From Octopus sinensis (Eukaryota), in assembly GCF_006345805.1 (NCBI RefSeq), contig NW_021834838.1:1-53875 (forward strand): a stretch of 53,875 bases of DNA, written 5' to 3'. Positions 12,272 to 26,151 of this stretch are shown here, in pieces. Within the stretch, counting starts at the first letter, position 1. The number at the start of each line of letters is the position of its first letter. The position numbers and the translations under genes are program-made. The notes beneath the pieces are model-generated. The model made no database searches. It was not told where the DNA came from and was given only the letters and a program-made list of their open reading frames with translations.

Positions 12272-13129
12272 AAAAATTATTCAGATGGTCAATGGCATGT
12301 ATTTAAACAAAAAAAAGAAGGAAAAGGCTAGATTGAGAACCATAAAGGTATTATATTCATTTATTGAAATTATCTCTGCTTCCCGAGGAGATGGAACAAA
12401 TACATAATGACAATTGCAACCAACACCAAATGAGAAGGTAGAGGTGATCTGAAAATCGAGAATTCTTTAAAATTTGACAACTCATTAAAGATGAGACAGT
12501 TTACTTATCTAAAGACTACAGGACATCATTGACATATTTCTGCCTCAATGGACGTCATCTTCCCCGTCTTCAACAGAAAAAATTCTTCGACATTGCAAAA
12601 AATGAAGAACATTTATGGCCAATTTGCATAAATGAAATAAAAATGAGTCAACAGAAAAACTCAGTACATGTAATTATCTATCTATCAATTTATCTATGCT
12701 GGTTGGATCGGCGGAGTGGGTGGTGGGTCCTTTTTGAAATGTCGGGGTGTAAAATATTGCTTATGAATGCTGGGAGAGAAGATTTCATCCCTAAAAATTG
12801 AAGAAATATCTTTTGTTCGAATGATGTTTAGTTTTTCAGTAATATAAGGCCAAAAATTTCGGAATGACGGGCAACTCTTTCAGGGAAAGATAAACACAGC
12901 AACGGCGTCATTTAGGAACAAAAATAAAAGATATGCGACATCCCTATCCAACGTGATATGGTCATTAAAAGAAGGGAGGTAAGCAACTCCAGATAACATA
13001 GCTGTATTGTTAAAGCAGACGGGGCTCCAAATGTGCGCTTTGCATTACTGAAAATCTAGACTTCATCCAACCAAAAGATATGTTAAACATTAGCCGTTTG
13101 AAACAAAATGTTCGGCAAGTTCTGTCGAT

Positions 13130-13650
13130 CAACTGTCAAATCTGTGCCCCTTAGATCTTTTGTTTAATTGTTGACTCATGTTGTTGCACAATGAACAGGG
13201 CCTGCCTCTCTTGGAGTATCTGCACGCTGTACCTTGAAAAACAGCCGCAAGAGAGGTAAGTACATTTTGCTGATCTGTGGGTTTATGTCGAAAACCTGCT
13301 GTCTCATGTGGCACGGAACCGGTTGTCAACTGAAGATCGGGAAGATCACCCCGACACCTTCCTTTAACCGGGAAGGAGGAAAGTCTGTGTTTATATGCCT
13401 GGTGGTCATGGCGAAAGAGGTTGTATGGTGGACGAGAATGAAAGGGCTGAAGATAAACACTTTACTCTTTGGCCAATCCCTGAAAAGGAAAATAAGGGTA
13501 GAGAAGGAAGTGTTGTCTTCTGGTCAGTTTGCTGAAAGGTGGATGAAAGTGGCGAGAATGGTCCGAGTGAACGGGCCTGCACTGAGCATACGCCTGTAGT
13601 TGGAAAAAAGGCACCTGCTCCAAAAGTTAGAGTACCCATGGTTTTTTATG
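13130..13650 (-). pseudogene. Possible highly degraded Penelope-type RT remnant
   Basis: Scattered weak motifs in the expected order on the minus strand (MGT, FHP, HKPTD); no intact frame. Confidence 0.2.
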
Positions 13651-13850
13651 GGGTTTTTTTCATGAGCAACCCTCGAACGTCTCCTCCCTATTGAGGATTA
13701 CATATTGTTGATTACATTTTTTTTGTTTAGTTTTGCTAGTCTCATAACACACTCACATACACACACACACACATTCTTTATTTTGTCTCGTACTATCCAT
13801 AGTGTTTTTTTCTTAATGTAAACCCTTGTGGTTAATAAAGAAATCATTAA

Positions 13851-14392
<542 letters not shown>

Positions 14393-14410
14393 TATTATTA
14401 TTTATTATTA

Positions 14411-14443
<33 letters not shown>

Positions 14444-14448
14444 CATTA

Positions 14449-14657
14449 ACGCTGGCAGAAACGTTAGCACGCTGGGCGAAATTCATAGCAGTATTTCGTC
14501 TGTCTTTACGTTCTGATTTCAAATTCTGCCGAGGTCGATTTTGCCTTTCATCCTTTCGGAAGTCGATTGAATTAAGTACCAGTTGCGTACTGGGGTCGAT
14601 CTAATCGACTGGCCCCCTCCCTCAAAATTTCGGGCCTTGTGCCTAGGAGTAGAAAAG
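14449..14657 (+). mobile_element. tRNA-derived SINE family B (MetaSINE-like core)
   Basis: 'gctggcagaaacgttagcacg...aggtcgattttgcctttcatcctttcgg...taagtaccag'; many copies in the window. Confidence 0.88.
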
Positions 14658-14658
14658 A

Positions 14659-14702
<44 letters not shown>

Positions 14703-15118
14703 GTTATTATTATTATCATTATCATTATTATTAGTAGTAGTATTATCATCATCATCATCATCATTGTCATCATTAATATTATTATTATTGATATTGTTAT
14801 TGTACTAATAATAAATGAAAAAGAAAGACGATGAAGCTGATTTGATATGAAAAATTAAAGAGTGACAAAGAACAAATGGAATCAATAAATCGCATTCTTT
14901 ACACTTAAACACATCAACGATAATTTTAATCTCATTAAGACGAAGATTTCCTCGCACGAAATACTAGAATTTAAGCTCCGTTCTTGCTTCTGGTGTTTAA
15001 AGGTCACGCCATATTGCCTAGTAACATCGAAAAAGAAATAAAGAAATAAATAATTAGACAAAAACAAAAAAATATATATATCAACAATTTAGAACGACGT
15101 ATAAATTGCTGTTGGAGG

Positions 15119-15160
<42 letters not shown>

Positions 15161-16417
15161 CGTCGTTGTTGTTGTTTTTGCAGGTTTCGAGGTTTGTGGG
15201 GTTCGGGAAGTCTCTTTTTCCTGTGTAACCCCTTGTCAGTTGTTTGTTAATAACTAAGTTTTCCCTAACCTCCTCCCTCTCTAAAGCTTCCTTTTGTTTA
15301 GTTTAGTTGGGTTGTTGGGTTCTTATTAGGGGGTTTTTGCATATTTTGTTGGGGTCTTTGGTTTGTTTGTGTTTTTTTTATTTTTATTTTTTATTTTTTA
15401 TTTTTTGTCGGTCTTCGTTATTTTTCCTGTCAAACAATGGGTAAAAATCGCCTTAGAGATTGTGTAGGAAAAGGGTGATTCTGTTTATTCAAACCTGGAA
15501 CAATAGAAGGGACAGAGCGAGCGAAAGAAAGAGAAAACGGGAAAGCGAGGGAGAGAGAGAGAAATAACAATCTCCCCAGAGAAAGAAAGAGAAAGAGAGA
15601 GAGAAAAAAACAAGCAAAAACGAAAGCAAAAAGAAAAATAATAAAAACATGTGAATTATGCCATTAGCTTCCCAATTTGAGCCGTTCCGTATCGTTTAAC
15701 AATTTATCCAGTGATAAACTGAACTTTTGCATTGCTTGCTTGCTTCGATTTGCAGACCTGCTGTCCCATTAAATAAGATTAAATGAGAAGCCTGTGTGAT
15801 TATATTCGATTTATTCAACTGCTATAATATTAAACGCAATTAATTAATCACTTTCCATAGCTTCTAAATCAGATGAATCGACATTTTCAAGCGATTTAAG
15901 CTAATCATTGTAGCTATGGCGGAGCTATTAAAAGTAATTAACTAACGCTTCAGTTTATTAAACAATACCCATCCGCCATTCATTCCTGGTATTTCACGCG
16001 TGTTTGACATATTTAACTAAACCATTTATTAATCTATCTAGCTTAAAAAGTCCTGGCTGAAATCTAATAAACACACTGGTTTTTAATATACCATCTGGTG
16101 AGCAAATTCAAATTGCATAGAATACTTGTTAATGATTGTCTCTTTTCCCCCAGAATTAGCCAACAATGTAACCAACTTTACACCCCAACCCCATCCTAAA
16201 ACCTATCCGATTACACAACTCTTTCCTATTGTTATGTCTCCTGTGTATCAGAGTAAACCAACATAGATAAATACTAAACGCTTAACACATTCATCACTCA
16301 CAAAGCCATTTACCAAATCTGTATCCTAGGATTTAGTGGATTTCGACTTATAATCATTCTCGCCATTTCTGGGGAAGGGAATTATTTGATTGTAAACCGG
16401 ATATCGTATTGAGAAAC

Positions 16418-17732
16418 AGATGACTGAAGGCCAGATAACCACAGCTAGGGAACAGCATGAAGTGACTCTAGGCCAGATACAGCTAAGAGACACAGATAAG
16501 AGAGGGCATAAGTTGACCACAGGCCAGATACCGGAGCTAGGAGACAGCATTGGGTGATAGTAGACTAGATGTCATCACTGGGAAAGGGCTTTAGATGACT
16601 GTAAGCTAGATACCACAGCTAGAGAACATGAAGTGACTGAAGGCCAGATATCACAGCTATTAGAGGGTATTAGTTGACCACAGGCCAGATACCGGAGCTA
16701 GGAGACAGCATTGGGTGATAGTAGACTAGATGTCATCACTGGGAAAGGGCTTTAGATGACTGTAAGCCAGATACCACAGCTAGAGAACAATATGAAGTGA
16801 CTGTAGGCCAGATACAGCTAAGAGACACAGCTAAGAGAGGGCATAAGTTGACCACAGGCCAGACACCGGAGCTAGGAGACAGCATTGGATGATAGTAGAC
16901 TAGATGTCATCACTGGGAAAGGGCTTTAGATGACTGTAAGCTAGATACCACAGCTAAAAGAGAGCATTAGGTGAGTGTAAGCAGAGCCGGATTAAGATCC
17001 ATAAAAGCCCTAAGCACTTAAAAGTTTTTGGTGTCCCCTATATATGTAATTCAAGCCATAAACCATTTTAATAAACCATAAAATGAATTTTTATTTTTTC
17101 AACATAAAACAAAACTAACAGGAAGATGGAAAATGATGTTTAATTTTGTATACTTCCACTTTATTTATATTTGAAAAAAATTTTCCTACTGTTTTTTTTT
17201 TTTTATTTCAAAGTCATTTTCCAGATCTTCAAAATTAATCTTATGTAACACATCTGTTTCTACACTTAGTAGAGATAAGGGATCCAGAATGTTATTTTAG
17301 CAAGTTCAAAGTGATTTCTTTTGTGTTGTAAACGATTTACCATTTCTGTGGTAGTTCGCTTCCCTTCATGCTCTAAACAAGTGCTTATTTTGCCTGATTA
17401 TTAATCCAGCGCTGAGTGTAGGGCAGATACCACAGCTTAGAGAGAACACCAGGTGAGTGTAGGAGAGATACTACAGTTTAGAGAGGATACCAGGTGAGTG
17501 TAGGACAGATACCACAGCGTAGAGAGGACACCAGGTGAGTGTAGGACAGATACCACAGCTTAGAGAGGACACCAGGTGAGTATAGGGCAGATACCACAGC
17601 TTAGAGAGGACACCAGGTGAGTGTAGGGCAGATACCACAGCTTATAGAGGGCGTCAAATGGCTATAGAGCAGGCACTACGTCTGGATGATAACATAGGTT
17701 AACTGTAGCCCAGATACCACAGCTGGAAGAGG
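16418..17732. repeat. About 41-bp minisatellite, with a four-unit higher-order repeat on the left and homogeneous units on the right
   Basis: 'cagataccacagct' recurs every 38-42 bp (occasionally longer); higher-order block starts at about 16511, 16671 and 16846; 41-bp units at 17425-17670. Confidence 0.92.
16982..17414. mobile_element. Non-autonomous hAT-type MITE
   Basis: 14-bp imperfect TIRs cagagccggattaa / ttaatccagcgctg; 8-bp TSD agtgtaag (16974-16981) / agtgtagg (17415-17422); AT-rich interior. Confidence 0.8.
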
Positions 17733-18398
17733 GTATTTATTTGCTTTTCTTTCTGATCTTCATGTATATCCTTACTTTATCTGCTTGCACCTAGTAAACA
17801 TCTTTCTCACTGACCAAAATCCTAGAATAATGTCAAATTTTCCATGACTTACTCTCAGTTCTATGTCACTGCTTCCAATTCCAGATTATTACGTGACTGT
17901 ATAATGATCTTGTTAACTTTCCTTTTTGTTCCAGCGTTTGAGGATTTCTTACTTCATGTTGGTATGCTACTCTAATTTTTCCTTTTTCTATTTTTAACTC
18001 TGGTGACAAATATGTATGCCAGAGTGATCACAATACATAGATTTTCAAGTTTGAAGTCTCCCAGCCCAGAAAATCTATTGAAAGATGAATGAGAGAAGCA
18101 AGCATATTCTGAGTGAACGAGCCTGTTGTGAGTATGTTCTGTAGATCAGAGAAGGGCAATTGAGGAAAGGACGCTTGCTTTAGTGCTCGGGATGGCTTGC
18201 GGTTTTTGTGGTTTCCGCGAATAACTTTCAGAGTACTTCCTTTTAGGAATATTTTTCGGTTTTGTATCTACTTGTTATTTCTTTTGTTTACATGTTTTTT
18301 ATGAAATCTCACACTGTGTCATCTTGTATCTTTTGTCAAACTTTTTGGTTAGTAAAAAAAACCTCATCAGCATCATCATCATCATTAATATTTTTTTA

Positions 18399-18594
18399 GG
18401 GCGGCGAGCTGGCAGAATCATTAGCACGCCGGACAAAATATCTAGCAGCATTTGTACTTCTTTACGTTCTGAGTTCAAATTTCGCCGAGCTCGATTTGCC
18501 TTTCATTCTTTCGGGGTCATTAAAATAAGTACCAATTGGTATGTAATCCACTTACTCCTTCCCCTGAAATTGCTGGCCTTGTGCCAAAATTTAA
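18399..18594 (+). mobile_element. SINE family B
   Basis: 'ggcggcgagctggcagaatc...gagttcaaatttcgccgag...gcctttcattctttcggggtc'. Confidence 0.88.
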
Positions 18595-18634
18595 AATCAT
18601 TATTATTATTATCATTATTATTATTATTATTATT

Positions 18635-18686
<52 letters not shown>

Positions 18687-18687
18687 C

Positions 18688-18749
<62 letters not shown>

Positions 18750-18789
18750 TTATTATTATTACTATTAGCATCATCATATGAAAACTCAC

Positions 18790-19262
18790 AGCTTATTTTA
18801 CAGGGTATGATGGAAAGTGCCAGCTTTCCACAGCCAGTAGGCTAAGGTGACACTTGTTTATTGGTCATGCTTTAAGAACCCTCCGAAGAATTCTTGCAGT
18901 TCCAAGCAATGCTCGTTTTTGTAGATGGTCTACCTTCACACTTGCACCAATCTTTTCCAGCCATGTTAATACTTGAGTGCTGATACTTCCAGTAGACTGG
19001 TATCACGTCTACTCTCTTCATTGACTACAACCTTCGTATTTCCTACCTCAAATCGTCTTAGCTGTTTATTTTTTCTTCTTCTTTCTCTTTAATCCCGTTG
19101 TCAGCGGGGCATGTTATGACGACTATCATACATGTTCTTTCTTTTTCATTCACCACAACAATGTCCGGTTTCCGATGTCTGGTCAGGTGATCACACTGAA
19201 TCATTGTATCTCACAAGATTTTGAAATTCTCATTTTCGGTGACTCCTTCTGGGGTTTGCAGA
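18790..19262 (-). pseudogene. Degraded R4/Dong-type non-LTR 3' fragment (RLE domain), between (TAA)n tracts
   Basis: Minus strand translates 'PEGVTENENFKIL*DTMIQCDHLTRHRKPDIVVVNEKERTCMIV..CPAD' and 'LQKRALLGTARILRRVL' with stops. Confidence 0.85.
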
Positions 19263-19270
19263 CATTATTA

Positions 19271-19330
<60 letters not shown>

Positions 19331-19392
19331 TATTGTTGTTGTTGTGTTGTTGTTGTTGTTGTTGTTGTTGCTATTGTTATTATTTCTACTAT

Positions 19393-19439
<47 letters not shown>

Positions 19440-19569
19440 TTACTATTTCAGTTCTCTTATTTTTCTCCTATTTTAAAGGCATGCCTTCACTGCCCTCCCG
19501 TCAGCAGTTCTGTATTTTGGGGGTACGTCAAGTGATTTTTTTTTTTTTACATTTCATTGAAAGTATTCT

Positions 19570-19925
19570 ACATAACACGAGTGCCAATCCCTAATAATGC
19601 TATTTTCTGTACGTCGTACGTCGTGCATATTCATAAGTTCTGAGATTTTTGTCGTATATTTGATTGCATCTTTTTGAAGCATTCCCAACGCAGAGTCTTT
19701 CCATTTCTTTTAGACATTCATTATCGACTTTTAGGACTGATATTCGACTAGCAGATATTTCTTTTTCTGACAGTCTTTTATAACAATATCCGGTCGCTTT
19801 GCCATAATCTTAACATGTCCCGGAGTTTTGCTACATTGAAACTTTTTCCGGTGTGTGTTTGAAACATCAGTTTTTCTTCTGCCGAAATTTCATAATGTTG
19901 GCTAATTCCAGTATGTAAAAACTCT
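19570..19925 (-). pseudogene. Highly degraded R4/Dong-type RLE fragment
   Basis: Remnant motifs 'KHTPEKV', 'RPDIVIKD', 'VQKIALLG' across frameshifts. Confidence 0.65.
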
Positions 19926-19944
19926 ACATCTGTCATGTCTGTTT

Positions 19945-20415
19945 CTGTATGTATGTATGTATGTATGTATGTATGATTGTATGTATGTATGTATGTATGT
20001 ATGTATGTATGTATGTATGTATGTTATTATGTATGTATATGTATGTATGGGCGTATGTATGTCTTTTTATATGTATGTACGTATGCATGTACGTGTGAAT
20101 GTATGCATGTATGCATGTGTCTATGTATGTATGCTTGCATGTATGTATGTATTCATATATGTATGTATGAACGTGCGTATGTATGCATGTATCTACGTAT
20201 GTATGTATGTACATATGTATGTATGCATTCCTGCATTCCTGTATGTATGCATGTATGTATGTATTTATAAATGTATGTACTATGTATGCATACATATATG
20301 AATGTGCGTATGTAGGCATGCATGTATGAATGTGCGTATGTATGCATGTACGTATATATGTATGTATACATATACACATGTATGTATATATGTATGCATG
20401 CATGTATGTATGTAT
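19945..20415. repeat. Degenerate (TATG)n microsatellite
   Basis: Direct reading. Confidence 0.95.
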
Positions 20416-20662
20416 GCACCTCAGGTGCTGCCTCTGGCGGTACAGACACTCTAGCTATGTCAATGTTCTATCGTAGAACATCATCCCTCGGTAGCGTGTT
20501 ATTTCCTGAAGCTGTCGATTTGTAACCGTTGAAGAGATATGTTGAGGGCATCGGGCCCCCTACTTATGGGGGGACTGAAAAGGATATGGATACGGCCCTT
20601 TTCTAGGGACCAAACAAATAAAAAGACACTAAAACTCATATTCTACATATACATATACATAC

Positions 20663-20750
<88 letters not shown>

Positions 20751-21005
20751 CGTTGTTATTATATAAAACTGTCGTATGTCCAAATTTTTCAATGTTTATT
20801 TTTGTTTGCAATAGACGGTTCTTTTGGTTAAACTATCGTATCTCCAGATGCTTCATTTGCCAAGTTATCAAAAAATGTCAAAGTATAGTACAACGGTTTT
20901 GCTATGGAATGGTGAACCTATTTTTTCGTTTTCTGAAAAAGCAGCGTTTTGGACTTACGATACTTTACCATAATAGTAACGATATATACATACATGTGTG
21001 TGTGA

Positions 21006-21066
<61 letters not shown>

Positions 21067-21147
21067 GGTGTGTGTGTGTGTGGGATATATACATATATAT
21101 ATATATATACATATATACACACACACACACATTATAGACTTAAGTAT

Positions 21148-21546
21148 GGATGTGTGGTTAAAGGCTCACTCTTCGGTTTCAATCTCACTGCTCAACATCT
21201 TGGGTATCTTTTACTGTAACACCGAGCTGACCAATATTTTGTGAGAGAATATAGAAGACAGAAACTGTGTGGAAGCCTGTCGTATATAAACGTGTGTGTG
21301 CGCGCGCATGTGTGTGTGTGGGTGTGTATGGGCGTGTAAGTGTCTTTGTGTCTGTTTGTGCCTCACCCACTATTTGATAACCGTTGCTGGTTTGTTTACG
21401 TCTTCGTAGCATAGCAGTTCGGCAGTAGGGAATGATAGGCTTTAAAACAAAAATGTACGCGAGTCGATTTATTCGACTAAAATCTCTTAAAGCAATGCTC
21501 CAGCATGGCCGCAATCCATTGACTGAAGCAATTAAAAGATAAAAGA
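21148..21546 (+). mobile_element. SINE family A, diverged copy
   Basis: Colinear similarity to 24751-25152 including 'gctccagcatggccgca...gactgaa'. Confidence 0.8.
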
Positions 21547-21624
21547 TATATCATAAAAAAAAAACTGTAAGGGCGGTACAATAGCAGAAATATTAAGGAG
21601 TCTGTTGAAATACTTTGAAATATA

Positions 21625-21956
21625 GGTGCAGGAGTGGCTGTGTGGTAAGTAGCTTGTTTACCAGCCACATGATTCCGGGTTCAGTTCCACTTTTGTTTAT
21701 TTTCATAAAGCTTCCCCCTATATATATATGAGTGTATGTGTGTCTGTGTTTGTCCCCCCTAGCATTGTTTGACAACCGATGCTGGCGTGTTTATGCCCCC
21801 GTCACTTAACGGTTCGGCAAAAGAGACTGATAGAATAAGTACTGGGCTTACAAAAGAATAAGTCCCGGGATCGAATTGCTCGATTAAAGGCGGTGCTCCA
21901 GCATGGCCGCAGTCAAATGACTGAAACAAGTAAAAGAGTAAAAGAGAGTAAAGAGT
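21625..21956 (+). mobile_element. SINE family A with internal deletion
   Basis: tRNA-like head 'ggtgcaggagtggctgtgtgg...gggttcagttcc' and intact 3' half; central domain missing. Confidence 0.88.
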
Positions 21957-22429
21957 ATTCGCTCTTGCCCCCTAAATCTGAGTTTAAATCCTACTGAATC
22001 AAGTCTGCTTATTTTCTTTTTTTCACGGGGTTTCTTTATCTCCCTTTCGCGTGCGGTTTTTCTCCATAGAAAACGGTTTCAAACAGAAAGGGAGAGTATC
22101 GATTCTGTTAGGTTTAAAATGCCCAAGACACGCTTTATCTATGCTATCACGGCGCCCCTGCGACTCCCTTAATAGTCAAGGACCAGAGGTTAAATGGTAT
22201 TCTAATTAAAGCGGGGCACTAACATTAATTAATATTATGAGACAAGAAAGCTTTAATTAACGAAAATGACACCTCGGCTGATATGAACTACCATGATGTA
22301 AATAACTAATTCTGTTGATTTTGTTTTTTTCTTTAATGTCAGTGGGGAGACAACTCTGGATATTAGTTAATTAAAATTAATTGAATATGAAATACAATGT
22401 TGAGCAAGCAATTATATTCTTATTACTCT

Positions 22430-23640
22430 ACTTTCTTTTCTCTTCTCTCTCTCTCTCTCTCTCTCTCATTCTCTCTCTCCTCTCATTTTCTCTCCTCTCG
22501 GTTTACTCATCCTTGTTCTGTCATCTTTTTGTCTCTCTCCTACCTTCCCTCCTCACACTCTTCCCAAATTTTCTCTTTCTTCTTTAATTATCTATCTCCT
22601 TCCTGTCTCTCTCTCTCTCTCTCTCTCTATTCTGTCTCTCTCTCTTTCCTGTCTTTCTCTCACCTGTCTCTCCCCTATCTCTCTTTCCTCTCACTCTCTC
22701 ACTCCTTTCCCTCTCCTTCACCTATCCTTCTAACTCTCTCCCTCCTGTGTCTCTCTCACCTGTATCTCTCCTGTCTTTCTTTCTTGTCCCTCCCTCAATC
22801 CTTCACCTACTCTCCTGTCCCTCTCTCAATCCGCCCTCTGTCTCCTGTCCCGCTCTCTCTCTCTCTCTCTCTCATTCTCTCTCTCCTCCCGGTTTACTCA
22901 TCCTTGTTCTGTCACCTTTTTGTCTCTCTCCAACCTTCTCTCCTCACTCTCCAACCAAATTTTCTTTTTCTTCTTTAATCATCTATCTCCTTCCTCTCTC
23001 TCTCTCTCCTATCTTTCTCTCACCTGTCTTTCTCCTATTTCTCTTTCCTGTCCCTCTCTCACTCCTTTCCCTTTCCCTCTTCCTGACCTGTCCTTCTAAC
23101 CCTCTCTCCCTCTGTGTCTCTCTCACCTGTATCTCTCCTGACTTTCTTTCCTGTCCCTCTCTCAATCCTCTTCCTGTCCCCCTCTCTCTCTCTCTTTCCT
23201 TCTCTCTATCTCTTTCCTTCTCTCTCTCTCACTCCCTCTATCTCTCTGTCTCTCTCTTCTGTCCCTCTTTCTCACTCACCTATCTTTCTTCCCTGTCGCT
23301 CTCTCCTTCGCCCACTTTCTATCCAACACTGTCACTCACTCTCTCTCTCATTCTTCTCTCTCTCTCTCTTCTCTCTCCTTCCTCTCTCTCTCTCCCTCAT
23401 CTCCCCCCTCTCTCTCTCTCTCACTCCCTCTATCTCTCTGTCTCTCTCTTCTCTCCCTCTTTCTCACTCACCTATCTTTCTTCCCTGTCGCTCTCTCCTT
23501 CGCCCACTTTCTATCCAACACTGTCACTCACTCTCTCTCTCACTTTTCTCTCTCTCTTTTCTCTCTGCCTCTTCGCTCTCCTTCCTCTCTCTCTCTCTCC
23601 CTCATCTCTCCCCACTCTCTCTCTCTCAATTTCTCTCAAA
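22430..23640. repeat. Polypyrimidine (CT)-rich tract with internal duplications
   Basis: About 22470-22620 resembles about 22875-23010; about 23225-23370 resembles about 23415-23555. Confidence 0.9.
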
Positions 23641-24384
23641 CCCGCTCAGTCACATAGATATACTGCAGTCGCCCCTTGTCTAGTCGTGTAAATTAAGCTA
23701 AACAGAGAAATTCATTACAACTGACATCTGTATAAATAAATATTCGACATTGACAACTGAATCATATCATTTCAGCGTGTTAAAATCTCATCAAACACTT
23801 CGTCGACGAGTCAGGTACATACATACAAACATACATGCATACAGACATAACTATATACATACATACATACATACATACATACATACATACATACATACAT
23901 ACATACATACATACAGACAGACAGACAGCGACATACATACATACATACATACAAACATACAACATACATACATACAAATACATACATACATACTACATAC
24001 ATACATACATACAGACATCAGACATAATACATAATAATACATACATACATACAAACATACATGCATACATAACAACATACATACTACATACTACATACAT
24101 ATACATGCATACATACATACATACATCATACATTTAATAATAAACATGCATACATACATACATATATACACATATATACATATATATATACATATATATA
24201 CATACATATACATATACATATATATATACATACATATATATACATATATAGACATATAGATACATATATATACATATATATACATACACACATATATATA
24301 TATATACATATATATATGTATGTGTATATACTTATATATATATGTATACATATATACTTATATATGCGTGTGTATGTGTGTGTG

Positions 24385-24434
<50 letters not shown>

Positions 24435-24750
24435 GAGTATATAAGAATAAAGAAGGCCAGGTAATCAGGTAGCTGTACGAAGAATTTTTACCAAAATTAA
24501 TAGAAAATCGATGTTGACCTGGAACAGATGTTTCTGGTGTCGCTTGATAGTTCAAAGTTCCACATAAATCATGGAATATCAATGCCGAGAAAACACCGTA
24601 GAAGGGACTGTATTGTTTATCTTTTGGCGAGCCATTGTATATGCCTATTTATCTGTCTCTATAGTTCTCTGTATTTCTATCTACCTATATTTGTGTCTTT
24701 CTAGACCAATTTATACGTCTATTTAATAATATTTAAAGTTCCTACATATT

Positions 24751-25152
24751 GGCGCGGGAGTGGCTGGGTGGTTAAGAAGCTTGCTTCCAAACCACATAGT
24801 TCTGGGTTTAGTCCCACTGCGTGGCACCTTGGGCAAGTGCCTTCTACTATGGCTTCGGGCCGACCAAAGCCTTGTGAGTGGGTTTGATAGACGGAAACTG
24901 AAAGAAGCCCGTCGTATATATGTATATATGTGGATATTTGTGTGTTTGTGTGTCTGTATTTGTCTCCCCAACATCGCTTGACAACAGATGCTGGTGTGTT
25001 TGCGTCTCCGTAACTTAGCGGTTCGGCAAAAGAGACCGATAGAATAAGTACTAGGCTTACAAAGAATAAGTCCTGGGGTCGATTCGCTCAACTAAAGGTG
25101 GTGCTCCAGCATGGCCGCAGTCAAATGACTGAAACAAGTAAAAGAGTAAAGA
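24751..25152 (+). mobile_element. SINE family A, full length; a second head fragment follows at 25157-25263
   Basis: A box 'tggctgggtgg', B box 'gggtttagtcc', CORE-like 'ccttgggcaagtg', (TA/TG) linker, tail 'gactgaaacaagtaaaagag'. Confidence 0.93.
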
Positions 25153-25634
25153 ATATAGGCGCAGAAGTGGCTGAGTGGTTAAGAAGCTTGCTTGCCAACC
25201 ACACGATTCTGGGTTCAGTCCCACTGCCTGGCATCTTTGGCAAAGTGTCTTCTACTATAGCCTGAAAATAGCTTTGAAAATTTGAAAATTTGAAAGTGTT
25301 AGGGCCTATACATGCATATATTGGTATTGGACGTCACCAACGGTGAAATAACATGATATACGTAAACAACGAGAAAAAATAGAAAACAGGACAAGTTAAA
25401 ACAGAGAAAGGATCCTTCATCAGTTGTTGGCTGTCTAGCTACTCCTCATTTCCAGTACTCAACGACAATATAAGTCAGTTGCTCTCATAAACTCTAGGAT
25501 TTACGGAGGTTCAAAGTTAGGAACAAAAATATGACAATGGAGACATACAAGCAAACCAAACGAAAACAAACATGGAAGGTCGTTAGACCAGAACGAGAGG
25601 AAAATATATGTATATATATATATATATATATATA

Positions 25635-25979
25635 CTAGCAGTATCGCCCGGCGTTGCTCGGGTTTGTAAGGGAAATAACTATATAAGCATTTTTAGAGAG
25701 TTATAGCCAAAAAATAGCAAAAAAAATGCATTAAAAATGGAAAAAAAATTATGGTAAATTTTTTTTTTAATCGTTGACTCATCATAGACATTTTTAGAGA
25801 GTTACTTCCCTTATATAATAGCGAAAAAATGCATTAAAATGGAAAAAAATTATGGCAATTTTTTTTTTTAATCGTAGACTCATCGTAGACGCGCGCTAAT
25901 ACCCAGAAGGGCTCGATATGAATCACGACTATAAGATACCCGGTTTTGGTTAAACTGCACCACAAAATGTGGGAGTAGT
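25635..25979 (-). mobile_element. Non-autonomous Helitron, 5'-truncated
   Basis: Near identical to 45943-46282; minus-strand 3' end has hairpin cccgagcaacgccggg then CTAG|T. Confidence 0.85.
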
Positions 25980-25984
25980 ATATA

Positions 25985-26151
25985 TATATGACGGGCTTCT
26001 TTTAATTTCTGTCTACCAATTCTATTCACAAGTCTTTTGGTCGAGCCTAGGCTATAGTAAAAGACACTTGTCCAAGATGCCGCTCGGTGCGACTGGATCC
26101 AGGATCATGCAATTGCGAAGCAAACTCCTTAACACACACAGCCACGCCTGC
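25985..26151 (-). mobile_element. SINE family A, 5' half
   Basis: Reverse complement of the head and core of 24751-24915. Confidence 0.8.

Noticed and set aside
16418-17732. CRISPR-like regular spacing
   Set aside because: Whole units are homologous with no unique spacers, no cas genes, eukaryotic context
22397-23691. S/L/P-rich ORFs of 189-314 aa
   Set aside because: Polypyrimidine tract that lacks stop codons by composition
25410-25460. CTGATGA hammerhead half-core on the minus strand
   Set aside because: No correctly placed GAAA with pairing stems I-III
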